A stretch of DNA of 64,000 nt from Candidatus Zambryskibacteria bacterium RIFCSPLOWO2_01_FULL_39_39 (GCA_001823925.1 MHWB01000011.1:25471-89470), one strand, 5' to 3'. Shown: positions 45,478 through 56,239, numbered from the stretch's first letter. Notes: generated by a model not told the origin, from the sequence alone. Numbers and translations are program-made.

Positions 45478-46830
45478 TTAACCTATAATAGAACGTATTT
45501 CTTGTATTTCTTTTAACAATAAAGTATCACTTCTGATTTCATTTTTTATCTTTTCATAAGAATGGATAACAGTAGTGTGATCTCGACCACCCAACTTTTC
45601 CCCAATAGAAGGATAAGAAATACTAAAATCTTCTCTCAAAATATACATTATTATTTGTCTTGGTTTAATTACCTCCTTTTTTCTTGTTTTTTCATAAATA
45701 GTTTCTTCTTCTATTTTATAAAAATCAGAAATTATTTTAACAACCTCCTTATATGACATTAACTTCTTTTGTTTGATACTATTTTTTACCAAATCCTTAA
45801 CCTCATTTAAGGTTAAAATTTTATTTTTGGTTTCTGTTTGGCAGACAATTAAATTTATAACACCCTCCAAGTCCCTAATGTTACCCTTTATAGAATCAGC
45901 CAAATAATCCATAACAACCTCGTCTATAAAAAGGTTTATACTGGAACATTTGGATTTTATAATAGCTAGTCTTGACTCATGATCTGGGGCTGGGATATCA
46001 ATAACCATGCCAGCGGCAAACCTGGACTTTAAACGATCCTCAAGACCAGTCACAAAATTTGGGTGTTTATCGCAAGAGAAAACAATATGCTTATTTTCGT
46101 CTTTCATAGAGTTGAAGATATGGAACAACTCTTCTTGAGTTTTTTCTTTACCTGAAAGGAATTGGATATCATCCATTATTAGCATGTCATATTTCCTATA
46201 CTTTTCTTTAAATTGGTTTACTTTGTTTGCCTGAACGGAAGATACGTAGTCGTTAAAGAATTTTTCGGAAGTGAAGTAGTAAATCTTTTTTGATGGGTCT
46301 ATTGCTTTTACGGCGTTGCCCATTGCTTGGATTAAATGTGTTTTGCCGTGGCCGGTATTTCCAAAAATAAAATATGGGTTGTAGGTTATCCCAAGATTTT
46401 TTATTACCGCTTGAGCTGCGGCGTATGCTAGCTCGTTAAACGGACCAACAACAAACGATTCAAAAGTATATCTCGGGTTTAGATTATCATCTTTGTTTAT
46501 GTAGTATTCAGACAGAGGCAACTCTTTTGTTGGGGAGGAGGTTTTTGTTGGTATGTATTGGTTTTTAGCCTTACTCTCCTCTTTGATGACATACTCAAGG
46601 GTGTGGATTGATTCGGAGGATTGTCTTAAAAGTTTTAAGACAAGATTATGAAATTTCTTCATAAGCCACTCTTGGACAAAGGTGTTGGGCACGCTTAAAT
46701 AAATTATTCCATTTTCAAAGCCAGATATCTTAGTTTCCTTAAACCATGTCGCAAAATTTGCTTTGGAGACAGATATTTCTATCTCCAACAAAACATTGTT
46801 CCAGAGTTCTTTAGTATCCATGCAAACCAT
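45478..46830 (-). CDS. dnaA: Chromosomal replication initiator DnaA
   Basis: GNTGHGKTHL Walker A; C-terminal DNA-binding domain. Confidence 0.9.
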   Translation of the reverse strand: MVCMDTKELWNNVLLEIEISVSKANFATWFKETKISGFENGIIYLSVPNTFVQEWLMKKFHNLVLKLLRQSSESIHTLEYVIKEESKAKNQYIPTKTSSPTKELPLSEYYINKDDNLNPRYTFESFVVGPFNELAYAAAQAVIKNLGITYNPYFIFGNTGHGKTHLIQAMGNAVKAIDPSKKIYYFTSEKFFNDYVSSVQANKVNQFKEKYRKYDMLIMDDIQFLSGKEKTQEELFHIFNSMKDENKHIVFSCDKHPNFVTGLEDRLKSRFAAGMVIDIPAPDHESRLAIIKSKCSSINLFIDEVVMDYLADSIKGNIRDLEGVINLIVCQTETKNKILTLNEVKDLVKNSIKQKKLMSYKEVVKIISDFYKIEEETIYEKTRKKEVIKPRQIIMYILREDFSISYPSIGEKLGGRDHTTVIHSYEKIKNEIRSDTLLLKEIQEIRSIIG

Positions 46831-46932
46831 TATATATTCAATTTATATTTAAGGAACTTGTATTTGTTCTGGAATTTGTTTATAATCTGTTAATAACTGG
46901 TTAACAATTTTTAAGAGCTAACTTCTAACGAG

Positions 46933-47067
46933 ATGTCAATTACGTATCAACCCAAAAAAAGGAAAAGAGCCAAAGCCCACGGTTTTTTGAAACGCAGCAA
47001 AAGCTCAAATGGCTTGAAAGTGCTTAAAAGGCGTCGCCAGAAGGGTCGTAAGAAAATAGCAGTCTAA
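46933..47067 (+). CDS. rpmH: 50S ribosomal protein L34
   Basis: [44 protein letters not shown]; below the ORF-track cutoff; canonical position before rnpA. Confidence 0.8.
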   Translation: MSITYQPKKRKRAKAHGFLKRSKSSNGLKVLKRRRQKGRKKIAV

Positions 47068-47069
47068 TA

Positions 47070-47396
47070 ATGTTTCCTAAAAACAGAAGAATTCCAAGGA
47101 GAATGTTCCCATTGTTGTCGAGTGGGGCTAAAGTGTTCGGAAACAGTCTTTTTTTATTAAGATTTGTTTTGAAAGGAGACTCCCAAAGCCGTTTTTGTTT
47201 CTCTGTTTCAAAGAAAATATCAAAAAGTGCAGTAGTGCGAAATAGGCTACGGCGCGCCGGGTATCGTTTATTAAAAAAATATATTTCAAAAATAAAACCA
47301 AACACACTAGCGGTCTTTTCTTTCAAAATGATACCAAAAGACGACGAGGAAATTATTAAAAATCTTGAATCAATATTAAATGATAGCCTTCTTTAA
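47070..47396 (+). CDS. rnpA: RNase P protein component
   Basis: 108 aa; basic; position between rpmH and yidC. Confidence 0.75.
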   Translation: MFPKNRRIPRRMFPLLSSGAKVFGNSLFLLRFVLKGDSQSRFCFSVSKKISKSAVVRNRLRRAGYRLLKKYISKIKPNTLAVFSFKMIPKDDEEIIKNLESILNDSLL

Positions 47397-48093
47397 AACA
47401 ATAGTTTACATACCACTTTACAATATTTTAGTGCTTATTTTAAACATAAGTTGGATTGATGCCGGTTTGGCCACAGTTATCCTAACTATACTGGTAAAAG
47501 TAATTCTCTATCCTCTTGCCAAAAAATCAACCATCGCTCAGGCCAAAATGAAAGAAAAGGAGGGAGAACTTTCGTCAATAAAAGAAAAATACAAAGATAA
47601 ACAAGAACAAGCTGTTAAAATAATGGAATTTTACAAAACCAACAATATCAACCCATTTTCTAGTATTTTAACCGTTATTATCCAAATTCCTATTATATTT
47701 TCTCTTTACTATATATTTTTCAAATCAGGCTTACCTAGTATTGACACTTCCCTCCTCTACTCCTTTATAAAGGTGCCGGCCTCGGTTTCTATGCATTTCT
47801 TGGGTCTTTGGGATGTATCTCAAAAAAGTATTGTTCTGGCACTTCTTGCGGCCGTTACCAGTTTTTGGCAGATGCATTTGGCTTCGCCCACCGTAGCTTC
47901 AGCGAAGGCGGGCAAATCCAATCAAGACTTCGGGGCAATAATGGCTAAACAAATGAAGTACACAATGCCGGTTATTGTATTTTTTATTTCTTGGAAAATT
48001 TCAGCCATCGTTGCTCTATATTGGTTTGTCAGCAACTTCGTCGGTATTGCTCAAGATGTGTATGTGAGAAGGCAGATGGTTAAAATAGTATAA
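47380..48093 (+). CDS. yidC: Membrane protein insertase YidC (short form)
   Basis: 237 aa; multi-TM; conserved gene order. Confidence 0.75.
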   Translation: MIAFFKTIVYIPLYNILVLILNISWIDAGLATVILTILVKVILYPLAKKSTIAQAKMKEKEGELSSIKEKYKDKQEQAVKIMEFYKTNNINPFSSILTVIIQIPIIFSLYYIFFKSGLPSIDTSLLYSFIKVPASVSMHFLGLWDVSQKSIVLALLAAVTSFWQMHLASPTVASAKAGKSNQDFGAIMAKQMKYTMPVIVFFISWKISAIVALYWFVSNFVGIAQDVYVRRQMVKIV

Positions 48094-48150
48094 AAAAGCC
48101 AAAGGCGACCTTTGAAGAAAATTTCCAAAAAGGTCGCCTTTGGCTTTTTT
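48094..48150. terminator. ~20-bp-stem bidirectional terminator hairpin between yidC and the convergent gene
   Basis: aaaaagccaaaggcgacctt ... aaggtcgcctttggctttttt. Confidence 0.75.
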
Positions 48151-49393
48151 ATTCCTCTAGTCTAAGCATCCACAAAAAACCATCAATTTTATTACGGAAA
48201 ACGAGATGAGTTTCGTCGGGAGAGAGGATTAAATCTGTCGCATCAATTTTTTGATCAGTTAGTAAAGAAAAATCACCAACAGTATAAGTAATATTGTTAT
48301 CAATATCTATTTTTATTACGTAATCTTCGGTGGAAACCAACCCTTTATACCAAACATCTGGGTAATTACCACCAGGTATTTGGTTTGGTACGGCGCAATA
48401 AATAGTCGGACTCTTTTCTTTTAGCCAGACGCATTTTTCGGCTAGACTGTTTACACCCAGGGTTTTTAAAGCGGTGCTTTTGTTTTCCACAACAAATAAT
48501 TGGGGGGTGGCGCCACCACTTGAAATAACACTCAAAGACCCGCTAAGGTTTGGGTTTATAGAAAGACCGGTAAATCCTACCCCCACATTCTTTAATGTTT
48601 TGTTTGAAACATCAAAAGAATAAGCATAACTTATGGCTTCCGAGCTTCCTTTGGTCTGCAATATTATAGTGTTGCCAGAGACCCATTTTGGAAGCCATTC
48701 TGTGAGTGGGTGGGCCATAACTACTGTTGTAGCTGTGCCGTCTGGGTTAGACACAAACCAGTTTGATGATCCTGTGGTGGTGTAGTAAAAAATCTTAGTA
48801 CCGTCGGGTTTTATGGTGATTTCTTTGATACCCGTAGGCAGTTTTCCTATTGTTGTACCAAATGGTGTCAAGTTTTCGGAAGCAAGGCTTTCTTTGTTTT
48901 TATTTAATTTTACTAAACTGGTTTCTATAATCTCACTCTCGGCCAAAAGTGTCTGAGCCAAAAATCCAGATCCATTTGGTAACCAAAAAGCCCTGATTAT
49001 TTTTGGAATAGTAGTGTTGGAAAGTCTGTCGATTTTCAGCGAGTCAGATTTAACTTCGTAAACATTGCCAGTCCCCTTTTCTACAAATCTGACTATACTG
49101 GTGGTGCCAACATTGAAAATAACACTACCTGCCACCGGTTCACTTGATATTTTTCTGAGTTTTGGTATTGGTGTATTTGTTGGAACATCCACCTCTTCAT
49201 CTGAGGAACCCTCTTCGGTATTTGTTTCGGTGTCTGTGTCTGTATCAACACTTTTGCCAAATGGCAGAAAATCTCTAATTGAAAATCCTACTCGACCCCC
49301 CTCTTCTGCCTGTGGCTTTGAAGTTAAAATCAAAAATGCCGCTATCCCCACCAGTACCAATATTCCTATTATCAATAATATTTTTTTACTCAT
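48149..49393 (-). CDS. Hypothetical secreted protein (TolB-like beta-propeller-like repeats)
   Basis: Signal/TM at the N-terminus; repeated DG..I.F motifs. Confidence 0.35.
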   Translation of the reverse strand: MSKKILLIIGILVLVGIAAFLILTSKPQAEEGGRVGFSIRDFLPFGKSVDTDTDTETNTEEGSSDEEVDVPTNTPIPKLRKISSEPVAGSVIFNVGTTSIVRFVEKGTGNVYEVKSDSLKIDRLSNTTIPKIIRAFWLPNGSGFLAQTLLAESEIIETSLVKLNKNKESLASENLTPFGTTIGKLPTGIKEITIKPDGTKIFYYTTTGSSNWFVSNPDGTATTVVMAHPLTEWLPKWVSGNTIILQTKGSSEAISYAYSFDVSNKTLKNVGVGFTGLSINPNLSGSLSVISSGGATPQLFVVENKSTALKTLGVNSLAEKCVWLKEKSPTIYCAVPNQIPGGNYPDVWYKGLVSTEDYVIKIDIDNNITYTVGDFSLLTDQKIDATDLILSPDETHLVFRNKIDGFLWMLRLEE

Positions 49394-49399
49394 TTTGTT

Positions 49400-50323
49400 T
49401 TATTCAAATACAACGTGCCAATGATCATATTCTTTTAAGAAAGTAGCGTTTCTATTGCCCACTTTGCTTGTATAAACAATTCCGACTCCCGGTATTGTTT
49501 GTGGTGCTACTCCTGACACCTGGTTATCCAATATATATTTATCTAGATTGGTATCAAACCGCAAATCTATGGGTGGCATGTTGGGGCCATGTGATGCGTG
49601 ACCGCCCTCTGTGCCACCAGATATTGTTATGTTGCAACCACAAACACTTTTTAAGTCAGTAACGCCCTTAAAAGTTGTTGCCGTCATACCAACAAGATTG
49701 GTGCAACCACTGGTTCCTCCAGTTGTGCATGGGCCAGCATTAACATCTATGCCATAATTATTTTTCAAGTCATTCCTCATTGCTGTATTTGTATCTACTT
49801 GGGCTTGAGTGAGTGTATATCCCGGAAATATCCCCCCTGTTCCGGCCGAGAGTTCTCCTCCTAATATACCTTTTGGGGCAATTGTGGTGACCTTTTCTAT
49901 ATTTAAGTTAAGGTTTAGAAGGTTTGGATTGATTTCGTTTAGAATAAGCCAAGCGCCTATAACCAACACCAAACCAAAAACGGCGTTTTTTATCCTCTCT
50001 TTACCATCACTTTTCTTTTGGATGGCGTCAGTAGACATATATTGAAAGCCCCCAATTACAATCATTAGTACTGCAAAGACAGCCGAAAGACCAATGGCTA
50101 GTTTAAATACTCCGGGCAGGTATTTTGCTAATGTTGTTTCGCAATTTGGATCGGGTGGTGTTGCATCAGGATTGCAGACCCCTTTTGTTGTTCCGGGTAG
50201 TGGCGCCAAAACAGTATAATCACCCTCTGCTGCTACGGCCTGTATTGTAGGCAATATAAGTATTAGTAGTATGGTAAATACTGCTACTTCCAAAAATATT
50301 CTTTTAATTTTAAATATTTTCAT
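49400..50323 (-). CDS. TrbC/VirB2-like pilin-domain protein with a Gly/Cys-rich C-terminal extension
   Basis: Signal peptide plus two hydrophobic helices (LAIGLSAVFAVLMIVIGG ... VFGLVLVIGAWLILN). Confidence 0.3.
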   Translation of the reverse strand: MKIFKIKRIFLEVAVFTILLILILPTIQAVAAEGDYTVLAPLPGTTKGVCNPDATPPDPNCETTLAKYLPGVFKLAIGLSAVFAVLMIVIGGFQYMSTDAIQKKSDGKERIKNAVFGLVLVIGAWLILNEINPNLLNLNLNIEKVTTIAPKGILGGELSAGTGGIFPGYTLTQAQVDTNTAMRNDLKNNYGIDVNAGPCTTGGTSGCTNLVGMTATTFKGVTDLKSVCGCNITISGGTEGGHASHGPNMPPIDLRFDTNLDKYILDNQVSGVAPQTIPGVGIVYTSKVGNRNATFLKEYDHWHVVFE

Positions 50324-50326
50324 TTT

Positions 50327-51340
50327 TTAATCACTAAAATTCATTATTAAACTTCCATCCGCTTGCTGTAAAACTCTGCTTGTGTTTTCTATTTGTAAAG
50401 AAACAACGGACTGCCCTTTTTCATCCTCCGGTTTTCTAAAAACAGCAGTTCGAGAGCCTGACAAATCTGGAATCGTTTGGCCATTGAGTCGCCACTTGTA
50501 TATAAGCGAGCTTCCTCCGTCTTTACTGAAGTAATATGGAGCTACTAAAATTTGAACCTCTTCCGACTTTAAAGTGAAGGGATTTTCTATGGCTAGGTCA
50601 AACAAGTGTCCATAATATGGGCTATTTTCATAAAAAACTATCTCTGGATCTGTAGGCGAGATATCAATAAAACCCTGAGCTACCAAATTGTTTACCGGAT
50701 CGGTTATCAAAACTTCTATATTCTCTACCCTACCAAGGAGAGACCCATTTAAAATAATCACACTTTTGCCATAACCAGACTGATCCTGATAGACATTTAT
50801 CCCGTTTGACCATTGGTAGATCAAATTTTGAGGGAGAACCCTTTTGCCCCCTTTGACAAATTCTGGCATGGCGACAACCTTCAAGCCTCCTTGTCTTGGA
50901 TGCAAGGCCTTACCTTTATAAAATGGTGGTACGAAAGAATTGGCTTCCCAAACAAGGTTTACACTGGCTGGATTTAAGGTAAAAGATTTTGAAAAAGAGG
51001 CCCCGCTCAAAAGTTTGATTTTTATTTCTATCGTTGTCTCTTCCCCCACACCACCCATCCTAAAAGAATATTTTGTTTCTCCTTTGCCACTCAAAACAGA
51101 TTTACCGTCTTTGTACCAGTTGATATCTGCCGAATTCAAGTCATCTGTGTATAAAGTGAGATTTATAAAAACCACAGTATTTGGCTCCGGATAGTTTGGA
51201 ATAATCTCAACGCCAAGTTCATTAGATAAAGCAAAAGGAATATTTATATTTACTTGGGCCCAAGTCGGACTTGGTAAAAATATCATCCCTACTCCAACTA
51301 GTATTAAAAGTTTTATAAATTTATCTAACATTTTCCACAT
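50327..51340 (-). CDS. Hypothetical secreted protein
   Basis: Signal peptide; 337 aa. Confidence 0.35.
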   Translation of the reverse strand: MWKMLDKFIKLLILVGVGMIFLPSPTWAQVNINIPFALSNELGVEIIPNYPEPNTVVFINLTLYTDDLNSADINWYKDGKSVLSGKGETKYSFRMGGVGEETTIEIKIKLLSGASFSKSFTLNPASVNLVWEANSFVPPFYKGKALHPRQGGLKVVAMPEFVKGGKRVLPQNLIYQWSNGINVYQDQSGYGKSVIILNGSLLGRVENIEVLITDPVNNLVAQGFIDISPTDPEIVFYENSPYYGHLFDLAIENPFTLKSEEVQILVAPYYFSKDGGSSLIYKWRLNGQTIPDLSGSRTAVFRKPEDEKGQSVVSLQIENTSRVLQQADGSLIMNFSD

Positions 51341-51400
51341 TATACCACCTTCTTTATTTATTGTTCACTAGATGTTTATAATATTGTATACTGTGAATAT

Positions 51401-51670
51401 ATGGATTTTGTTTCCGCTAAGTTTATTTTTGTCGCCCTCCTACTGGTCTCCACCCTTGCCTATTGGCTATTTAATTTTATTATTTTATACCACTTAACTC
51501 GTTTTGGTGTAGGCACAGAGCCCAAAAAATTTGCGGTAGTATTTCTCTTGGGATCCGTTTGTTTGTTTTTTGTGAGCGCTGTATTCTTTGTAAGTATTGA
51601 TCTGACAACTTTAAAAAACCAGTTTGAAAAAATAAGCAGTAGCCTTTTTAATATTACAAATACACAATGA
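51401..51670 (+). CDS. Small membrane protein
   Basis: 89 aa; two TM helices. Confidence 0.3.
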   Translation: MDFVSAKFIFVALLLVSTLAYWLFNFIILYHLTRFGVGTEPKKFAVVFLLGSVCLFFVSAVFFVSIDLTTLKNQFEKISSSLFNITNTQ

Positions 51671-52212
51671 AATCATTCTTTTCAATTTTTATAGATTCAG
51701 ACAATTCTTTTGCGGGTGAAGAAAAAGATGAAAAGACTCTCCTGCTCATACGTCGCCACCCGTTTTTTATCCTTACACGCTTAGTGGTCTTCCTGTTCCT
51801 TGCTTTGATACCGATAGCCGTAGGACTATCCTTTTCTTCCTTTCTATATTCAAACGATCTTTTGGCCAGCTTCTTTTTTGTTTCTAGTATTTGGTATCTT
51901 TTGATTTGGTCTGGCATTTTCTACGCTCTTACTATGTATACTTTAGATGTTTGGATCGTTACTAACAGGCGGATTATTGATAGCGCTCAACACGGATTCT
52001 TTAATCGGACGATTTCTGAACTACATTTGACTCGGATCCAAGATATTTCGGTAGAAACAAGGGGCTTTGTTCAAACTATTTTGCATTTTGGCGATCTACA
52101 AGTGCAAACTGCTGGTACAGAAGAAAAGTTCAAATTTCACCAAATTCCTCATCCTGAAAAAGTAAAAGATGAAATTATGAAATTGGTTTCTACTTCCCTA
52201 CCCCCACATTAA
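51667..52212 (+). CDS. Membrane protein with a bacterial PH (bPH_2/YdbT-like) domain
   Basis: Two TM helices plus a WIVTNRRIID...HLTRIQDIS PH-like segment. Confidence 0.4.
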   Translation: MKSFFSIFIDSDNSFAGEEKDEKTLLLIRRHPFFILTRLVVFLFLALIPIAVGLSFSSFLYSNDLLASFFFVSSIWYLLIWSGIFYALTMYTLDVWIVTNRRIIDSAQHGFFNRTISELHLTRIQDISVETRGFVQTILHFGDLQVQTAGTEEKFKFHQIPHPEKVKDEIMKLVSTSLPPH

Positions 52213-52309
52213 TATTCTTTTTTAAATCCAAAACATTACTCCCAGACTTTTTTCGAACGGGCTTATTTTGCTTTGATACTTGTTTTTAATTTGCTGAATT
52301 CGGTCTATG

Positions 52310-52918
52310 CTACCCATCTATGCTACCCATCGCGGTATCTGCGTTGTCCGTCTCTTCGTCCTGTTTAACCCAATTAGCTTGTCCCACACCGGCCTTCCTC
52401 TTTACAAATCTTCTTGCTCTATTCAACCCCGTTGTTCCTATGGCTATTGGCAATGCTACCGGATTGAGCGTTTCTGCGAGTGCGAAACCTTCAAGGAATC
52501 CGCCAATTATGCTTGGTTTCTCCCCCTTATCTTCCATTCTAACCATTCCCACAATGGTAACCATCCCAAGCGTCCAAAGGAACCAAACTGGGATAGCGTC
52601 AAGTCCTGGGATAATCTCTAACAAATTCATTATGATGGCCATAACAAACTTTTTCGTGTTTGAAGAATAAGGTACCCCAAGGATTAAAAACCAAACCCAA
52701 AATACAAATGAGGCAACCCAACCGACAATGGTGGCTATTATTTCAAAACTTATATAACCACCCAAAAGTTCTACCAAATCAACACAAATGGCTGAAATAA
52801 TAAGCGCCCACCCCATCCATATTTTTATTCTCATTTTTCTCGGTGCCACTTCTTGAGGTATTGGTCTTACCGGCCTTCTTAAAACGGTCTGATTTTGTTG
52901 TGCAGAATTTTCGTCCAT
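52310..52918 (-). CDS. Hypothetical multi-TM membrane protein (GC-richer than the flanks)
   Basis: 202 aa; 4-5 TM helices. Confidence 0.35.
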   Translation of the reverse strand: MDENSAQQNQTVLRRPVRPIPQEVAPRKMRIKIWMGWALIISAICVDLVELLGGYISFEIIATIVGWVASFVFWVWFLILGVPYSSNTKKFVMAIIMNLLEIIPGLDAIPVWFLWTLGMVTIVGMVRMEDKGEKPSIIGGFLEGFALAETLNPVALPIAIGTTGLNRARRFVKRKAGVGQANWVKQDEETDNADTAMGSIDG

Positions 52919-52921
52919 ATT

Positions 52922-54727
52922 TTATTTTCCTTCCAAATCTTTTTTCTGTTTTTTCATGGCCAAAATCTGGGATGGGTCAGTGGTGATGATCTGCTCTTCA
53001 GTATAAGAGCCGATTATTTTTATAGCAACGTGTTTAAGTCCGGCAAAAAATATACCTTCCCCCACCCCTGATTCCAAAAGTAAATACTTTTCTTCGTCGG
53101 TTAAGTTAAAGACTTGTTGTAGTTTGTCTATCACCGTTGGCGACTGCTTTAGCAAAATTTGAATGGAAGAGTTTGAGATAATAGGTGTGCCATAAGGAGA
53201 TTTCAAAAAGTCGTCCACATCTTGGGTGATGGTCGCTAACCCCAAATAGTATTTCCTGCCTCTTTTTGCCAAAGAAAGAAGGAAGGATGCGGTGTCTTCG
53301 GATTTCATCATCCACCAAGCTTCGTCAATTACCAAAAGCCTTTTCTTCAGTTCTCTTCTGATGGCGTTCCAAATATAATGGGTGACGATATACATCGCCA
53401 CCGGCTTCAACTCATCCTCCATATCTCTAATTGAAAAAACTATAAATTTTTTGTTGATATCAATGTTTGAAGGTCTGTTTATAAAGTTTGACCAAGTACC
53501 CTTGGTGTATTTTGAGAGTCTCTGAGCCAAAGACTCCCCTCCTTCCATACCGGAGAGTACCATTTCAAAATCAGAGAGAAGCGGTGGTTCTACGTTTTTA
53601 AAATCAGAATCAATAGTAATGTCTTTTAGGGCGTAAGTTTCGGTGATGGCGCGGTCAATCAAAGCATCTTCTTCGGCAGAAAGGCCTCCCATCATTATAC
53701 GGAAGAGACCTACCAGGTTTATAATTTGGCTTCGCAAGACGCTCGCCGTGGACTCATCTTCGGCTGGGATCGGGAGCTCAAAAGGGTTTATGTGGTGATC
53801 GGAATTTAAAGAAATATTAAAATATCTACCACCGACCGCCTCGGCCATATACTCGTATTCGTTTTCTGGATCAATCACAATCACTTCGGCGTCAAACATT
53901 AGGGTGCGCAGTATCTCAAGCTTTATAGCAAAAGATTTGCCTGCCCCCGCTTTGGCAAAAGTGACGGAGTTATAATTTTCCAAAGAAAATCTGTCAAAAA
54001 GGACAAGTGATGAGTTGTGCCTGTTGATACCGTACAAAATCCCCTTATCAGAAGTGAGGTCAAAAGAGATGAATGGAAAAAGAGAAGAAAGTGGCGAAGA
54101 ATTTATTTTTGAGTGAACCGAGAGCTCGTCTTTGGCGGTTGGCAAAATGCTTCTAAAGCCTTGTTCTTGTTGGAAAAGGGCGGGCTTAACATAGATAAGT
54201 TTTGATTCCAAAATTGATTTTATTTCAGATTCAGCCTTATCTAAATCTTCGCTATTGCCCGCATAGATTGAAATATAAAGACCCATTTCAAACATCTTTT
54301 CTTGGGCCTGCATCAACTGGTCGCGCAGATTTTCCAGGTCTCCATACGCGGTGTCAAGCATGGGGTCTCTCACCAACCCCTTCTCTTCTCTCATTCTGAT
54401 TTGGCTTTGAACTTCGGCCACCTTTTTTTGAAAACTTCTCAAAATTTTTGCTGTCTCTAAGGGGTGAATGAATATGGAGATATCAAACATTTTGTCCATA
54501 TTTATAACTGGCGAGAACCAATCTTCCGAAAGAAACCTTGGATAAGATATGACAAAAAAGCTTCTAACCACCTTTTCTCCCAGATTGAGCTCTTTGGTGT
54601 TTACCTTAAGGGCGCTGGGTGCCAAAATATCTCGGAGCTCTAATTCGGAGCTTTCGGTGATGGACCTCGGCAAGATAGAAGTGGTCACAAAATCATTTTT
54701 TTCTTTTTTCTTAAAAAATCCAAACAT
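52922..54727 (-). CDS. VirB4/TrbE/PrgJ-like type IV secretion ATPase
   Basis: Walker A FAKAGAGKSF; C-terminal GLATITQDVDDF...IQILLKQ motifs. Confidence 0.65.
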   Translation of the reverse strand: MFGFFKKKEKNDFVTTSILPRSITESSELELRDILAPSALKVNTKELNLGEKVVRSFFVISYPRFLSEDWFSPVINMDKMFDISIFIHPLETAKILRSFQKKVAEVQSQIRMREEKGLVRDPMLDTAYGDLENLRDQLMQAQEKMFEMGLYISIYAGNSEDLDKAESEIKSILESKLIYVKPALFQQEQGFRSILPTAKDELSVHSKINSSPLSSLFPFISFDLTSDKGILYGINRHNSSLVLFDRFSLENYNSVTFAKAGAGKSFAIKLEILRTLMFDAEVIVIDPENEYEYMAEAVGGRYFNISLNSDHHINPFELPIPAEDESTASVLRSQIINLVGLFRIMMGGLSAEEDALIDRAITETYALKDITIDSDFKNVEPPLLSDFEMVLSGMEGGESLAQRLSKYTKGTWSNFINRPSNIDINKKFIVFSIRDMEDELKPVAMYIVTHYIWNAIRRELKKRLLVIDEAWWMMKSEDTASFLLSLAKRGRKYYLGLATITQDVDDFLKSPYGTPIISNSSIQILLKQSPTVIDKLQQVFNLTDEEKYLLLESGVGEGIFFAGLKHVAIKIIGSYTEEQIITTDPSQILAMKKQKKDLEGK

Positions 54728-54730
54728 ATT

Positions 54731-55354
54731 TTAATTAATTTTAATGGGCTTCTCTGATTCTCCCGGATTAAATATTTTATAAAATAACTCAATGGTCTCG
54801 TCGGTGCCAAGTTTGGCAACCCTGACTCCGCAACGCGAGAGTCCCTGTTCTACTACCGACATCCTTTGCTCTAATTGATTTTTCTTCTCTTCAAAATCTT
54901 CTTCTTTTACTTCTTTACTCTGCTCTTTCCTGCTGAAACCTGACAAAAAGCCACCTTTGGAAGATATGATGGCCGCATCATATGGGATTACTATAAAAAA
55001 GTTTTTAGTCATAATGTTTGTCCCTTCGGTGAAGCTTTTTATAAAGGCCATATATTGTTCTATCTGAATTTTCATCAGATCATTGGTTTGCTCTTTATAC
55101 CGACCTTCCAAAAGGGCGATATACGGCCTGATATCAAGCCTTCTGGACTGAATTAAAATCTGGATGGAGAAGTCTAAAGAATTTAAAAAATCTTGAAATT
55201 GCAAAAGTATGGCCTGTCTCTCGTCGTTTGATTTTAAAGCAAAGTTTATACTCGACGCCATGAGGATCCCCCGCATACCGCCATCTTTTAAAATAACAAT
55301 ACCGTCTCTCACGTCATCTATAGGCACAAACTCTTGGGTTGCATTCTTTGGCAT
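54731..55354 (-). CDS. Hypothetical protein in the T4SS-like cluster
   Basis: 207 aa. Confidence 0.35.
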   Translation of the reverse strand: MPKNATQEFVPIDDVRDGIVILKDGGMRGILMASSINFALKSNDERQAILLQFQDFLNSLDFSIQILIQSRRLDIRPYIALLEGRYKEQTNDLMKIQIEQYMAFIKSFTEGTNIMTKNFFIVIPYDAAIISSKGGFLSGFSRKEQSKEVKEEDFEEKKNQLEQRMSVVEQGLSRCGVRVAKLGTDETIELFYKIFNPGESEKPIKIN

Positions 55355-55424
55355 AACAATATAATTTCTAATTATTCTAATTGACCTAATTAACCTAAAA
55401 AATAACCAATCTCCAACTACCCAA

Positions 55425-55778
55425 TCATTTTACCTTATTATAGATACTATTGAAAATCAGATTAATCTCTTTTGCTTCTAACCACAACTTCGCAACTTCG
55501 TCTCTATGTTCTGGAATTACAACAGCAAACATTCTTAGGAAGTGTTTTGATTCTCTGGATTCTTTCTTGCATATTCCAATTTTGTGTTTAAAATCCTTGC
55601 CACTTTCTGCATCATCTGCTTCACAATAATTTGCCCCAACACTTGTGCCACATTTTACCAACTGATTTATGAGTGGTTTGGTAATCTCATCTTTGGGAAT
55701 CTTTTTACAAAATGTTAATATTTTTTCTCCAAATTTTGCTGCCCGCTCTTCCAAGTCATACTTCCTATCTTTGGTCAT
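55425..55778 (-). CDS. Four-helix-bundle protein (23S rRNA-IVS family)
   Basis: LVKCGTSVGANYCEADDAESGKDFKHKIGICKKESRESKHFL. Confidence 0.55.
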   Translation of the reverse strand: MTKDRKYDLEERAAKFGEKILTFCKKIPKDEITKPLINQLVKCGTSVGANYCEADDAESGKDFKHKIGICKKESRESKHFLRMFAVVIPEHRDEVAKLWLEAKEINLIFNSIYNKVK

Positions 55779-55813
55779 TTGGATTTTTTTAGAAATTAGA
55801 ATAATTAGGACAA

Positions 55814-56239
55814 TTAGGTTAATTTATTACGTTCGTCCTCTTTCTTCCTCACATCCAATTCCCAATTCATATCTTTAAGCTTGTTTCCAGATAAATTGGG
55901 CACTATGAGCGAAGTGTACTTACCATTGGCAGATCTTTCTTTGGCGTACTCTTCCTCGGGTTCTTTTTTGTGCCAGATGTATAACTTATCTTTGGTAAAA
56001 TATTTGAAAGCCGATTCTAAGACGTGTACAAAAGGGCGGTTGTTTATCTTATAAAAAGCTAAAGCCAAGGCCAAAATAACAACAGGCGAAGCAACCAAAA
56101 GTCCAAAAAATTTACCCAAAAACATAACCGAGACTACCGCAACCGATGTTCCTCCAGCCAAATAGATAAACTGCTTTAGGGTAAATGGCCCAAATATTTT
56201 ATCTTCAACATCTATAAATTGTGGAATTTGAAAACGCAT
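55814..56239 (-). CDS. PrgI/VirB3-like small membrane protein
   Basis: MRFQIPQFIDVEDKIFGPFTLKQFIYLAGG N-terminus typical of the PrgI family. Confidence 0.4.
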   Translation of the reverse strand: MRFQIPQFIDVEDKIFGPFTLKQFIYLAGGTSVAVVSVMFLGKFFGLLVASPVVILALALAFYKINNRPFVHVLESAFKYFTKDKLYIWHKKEPEEEYAKERSANGKYTSLIVPNLSGNKLKDMNWELDVRKKEDERNKLT

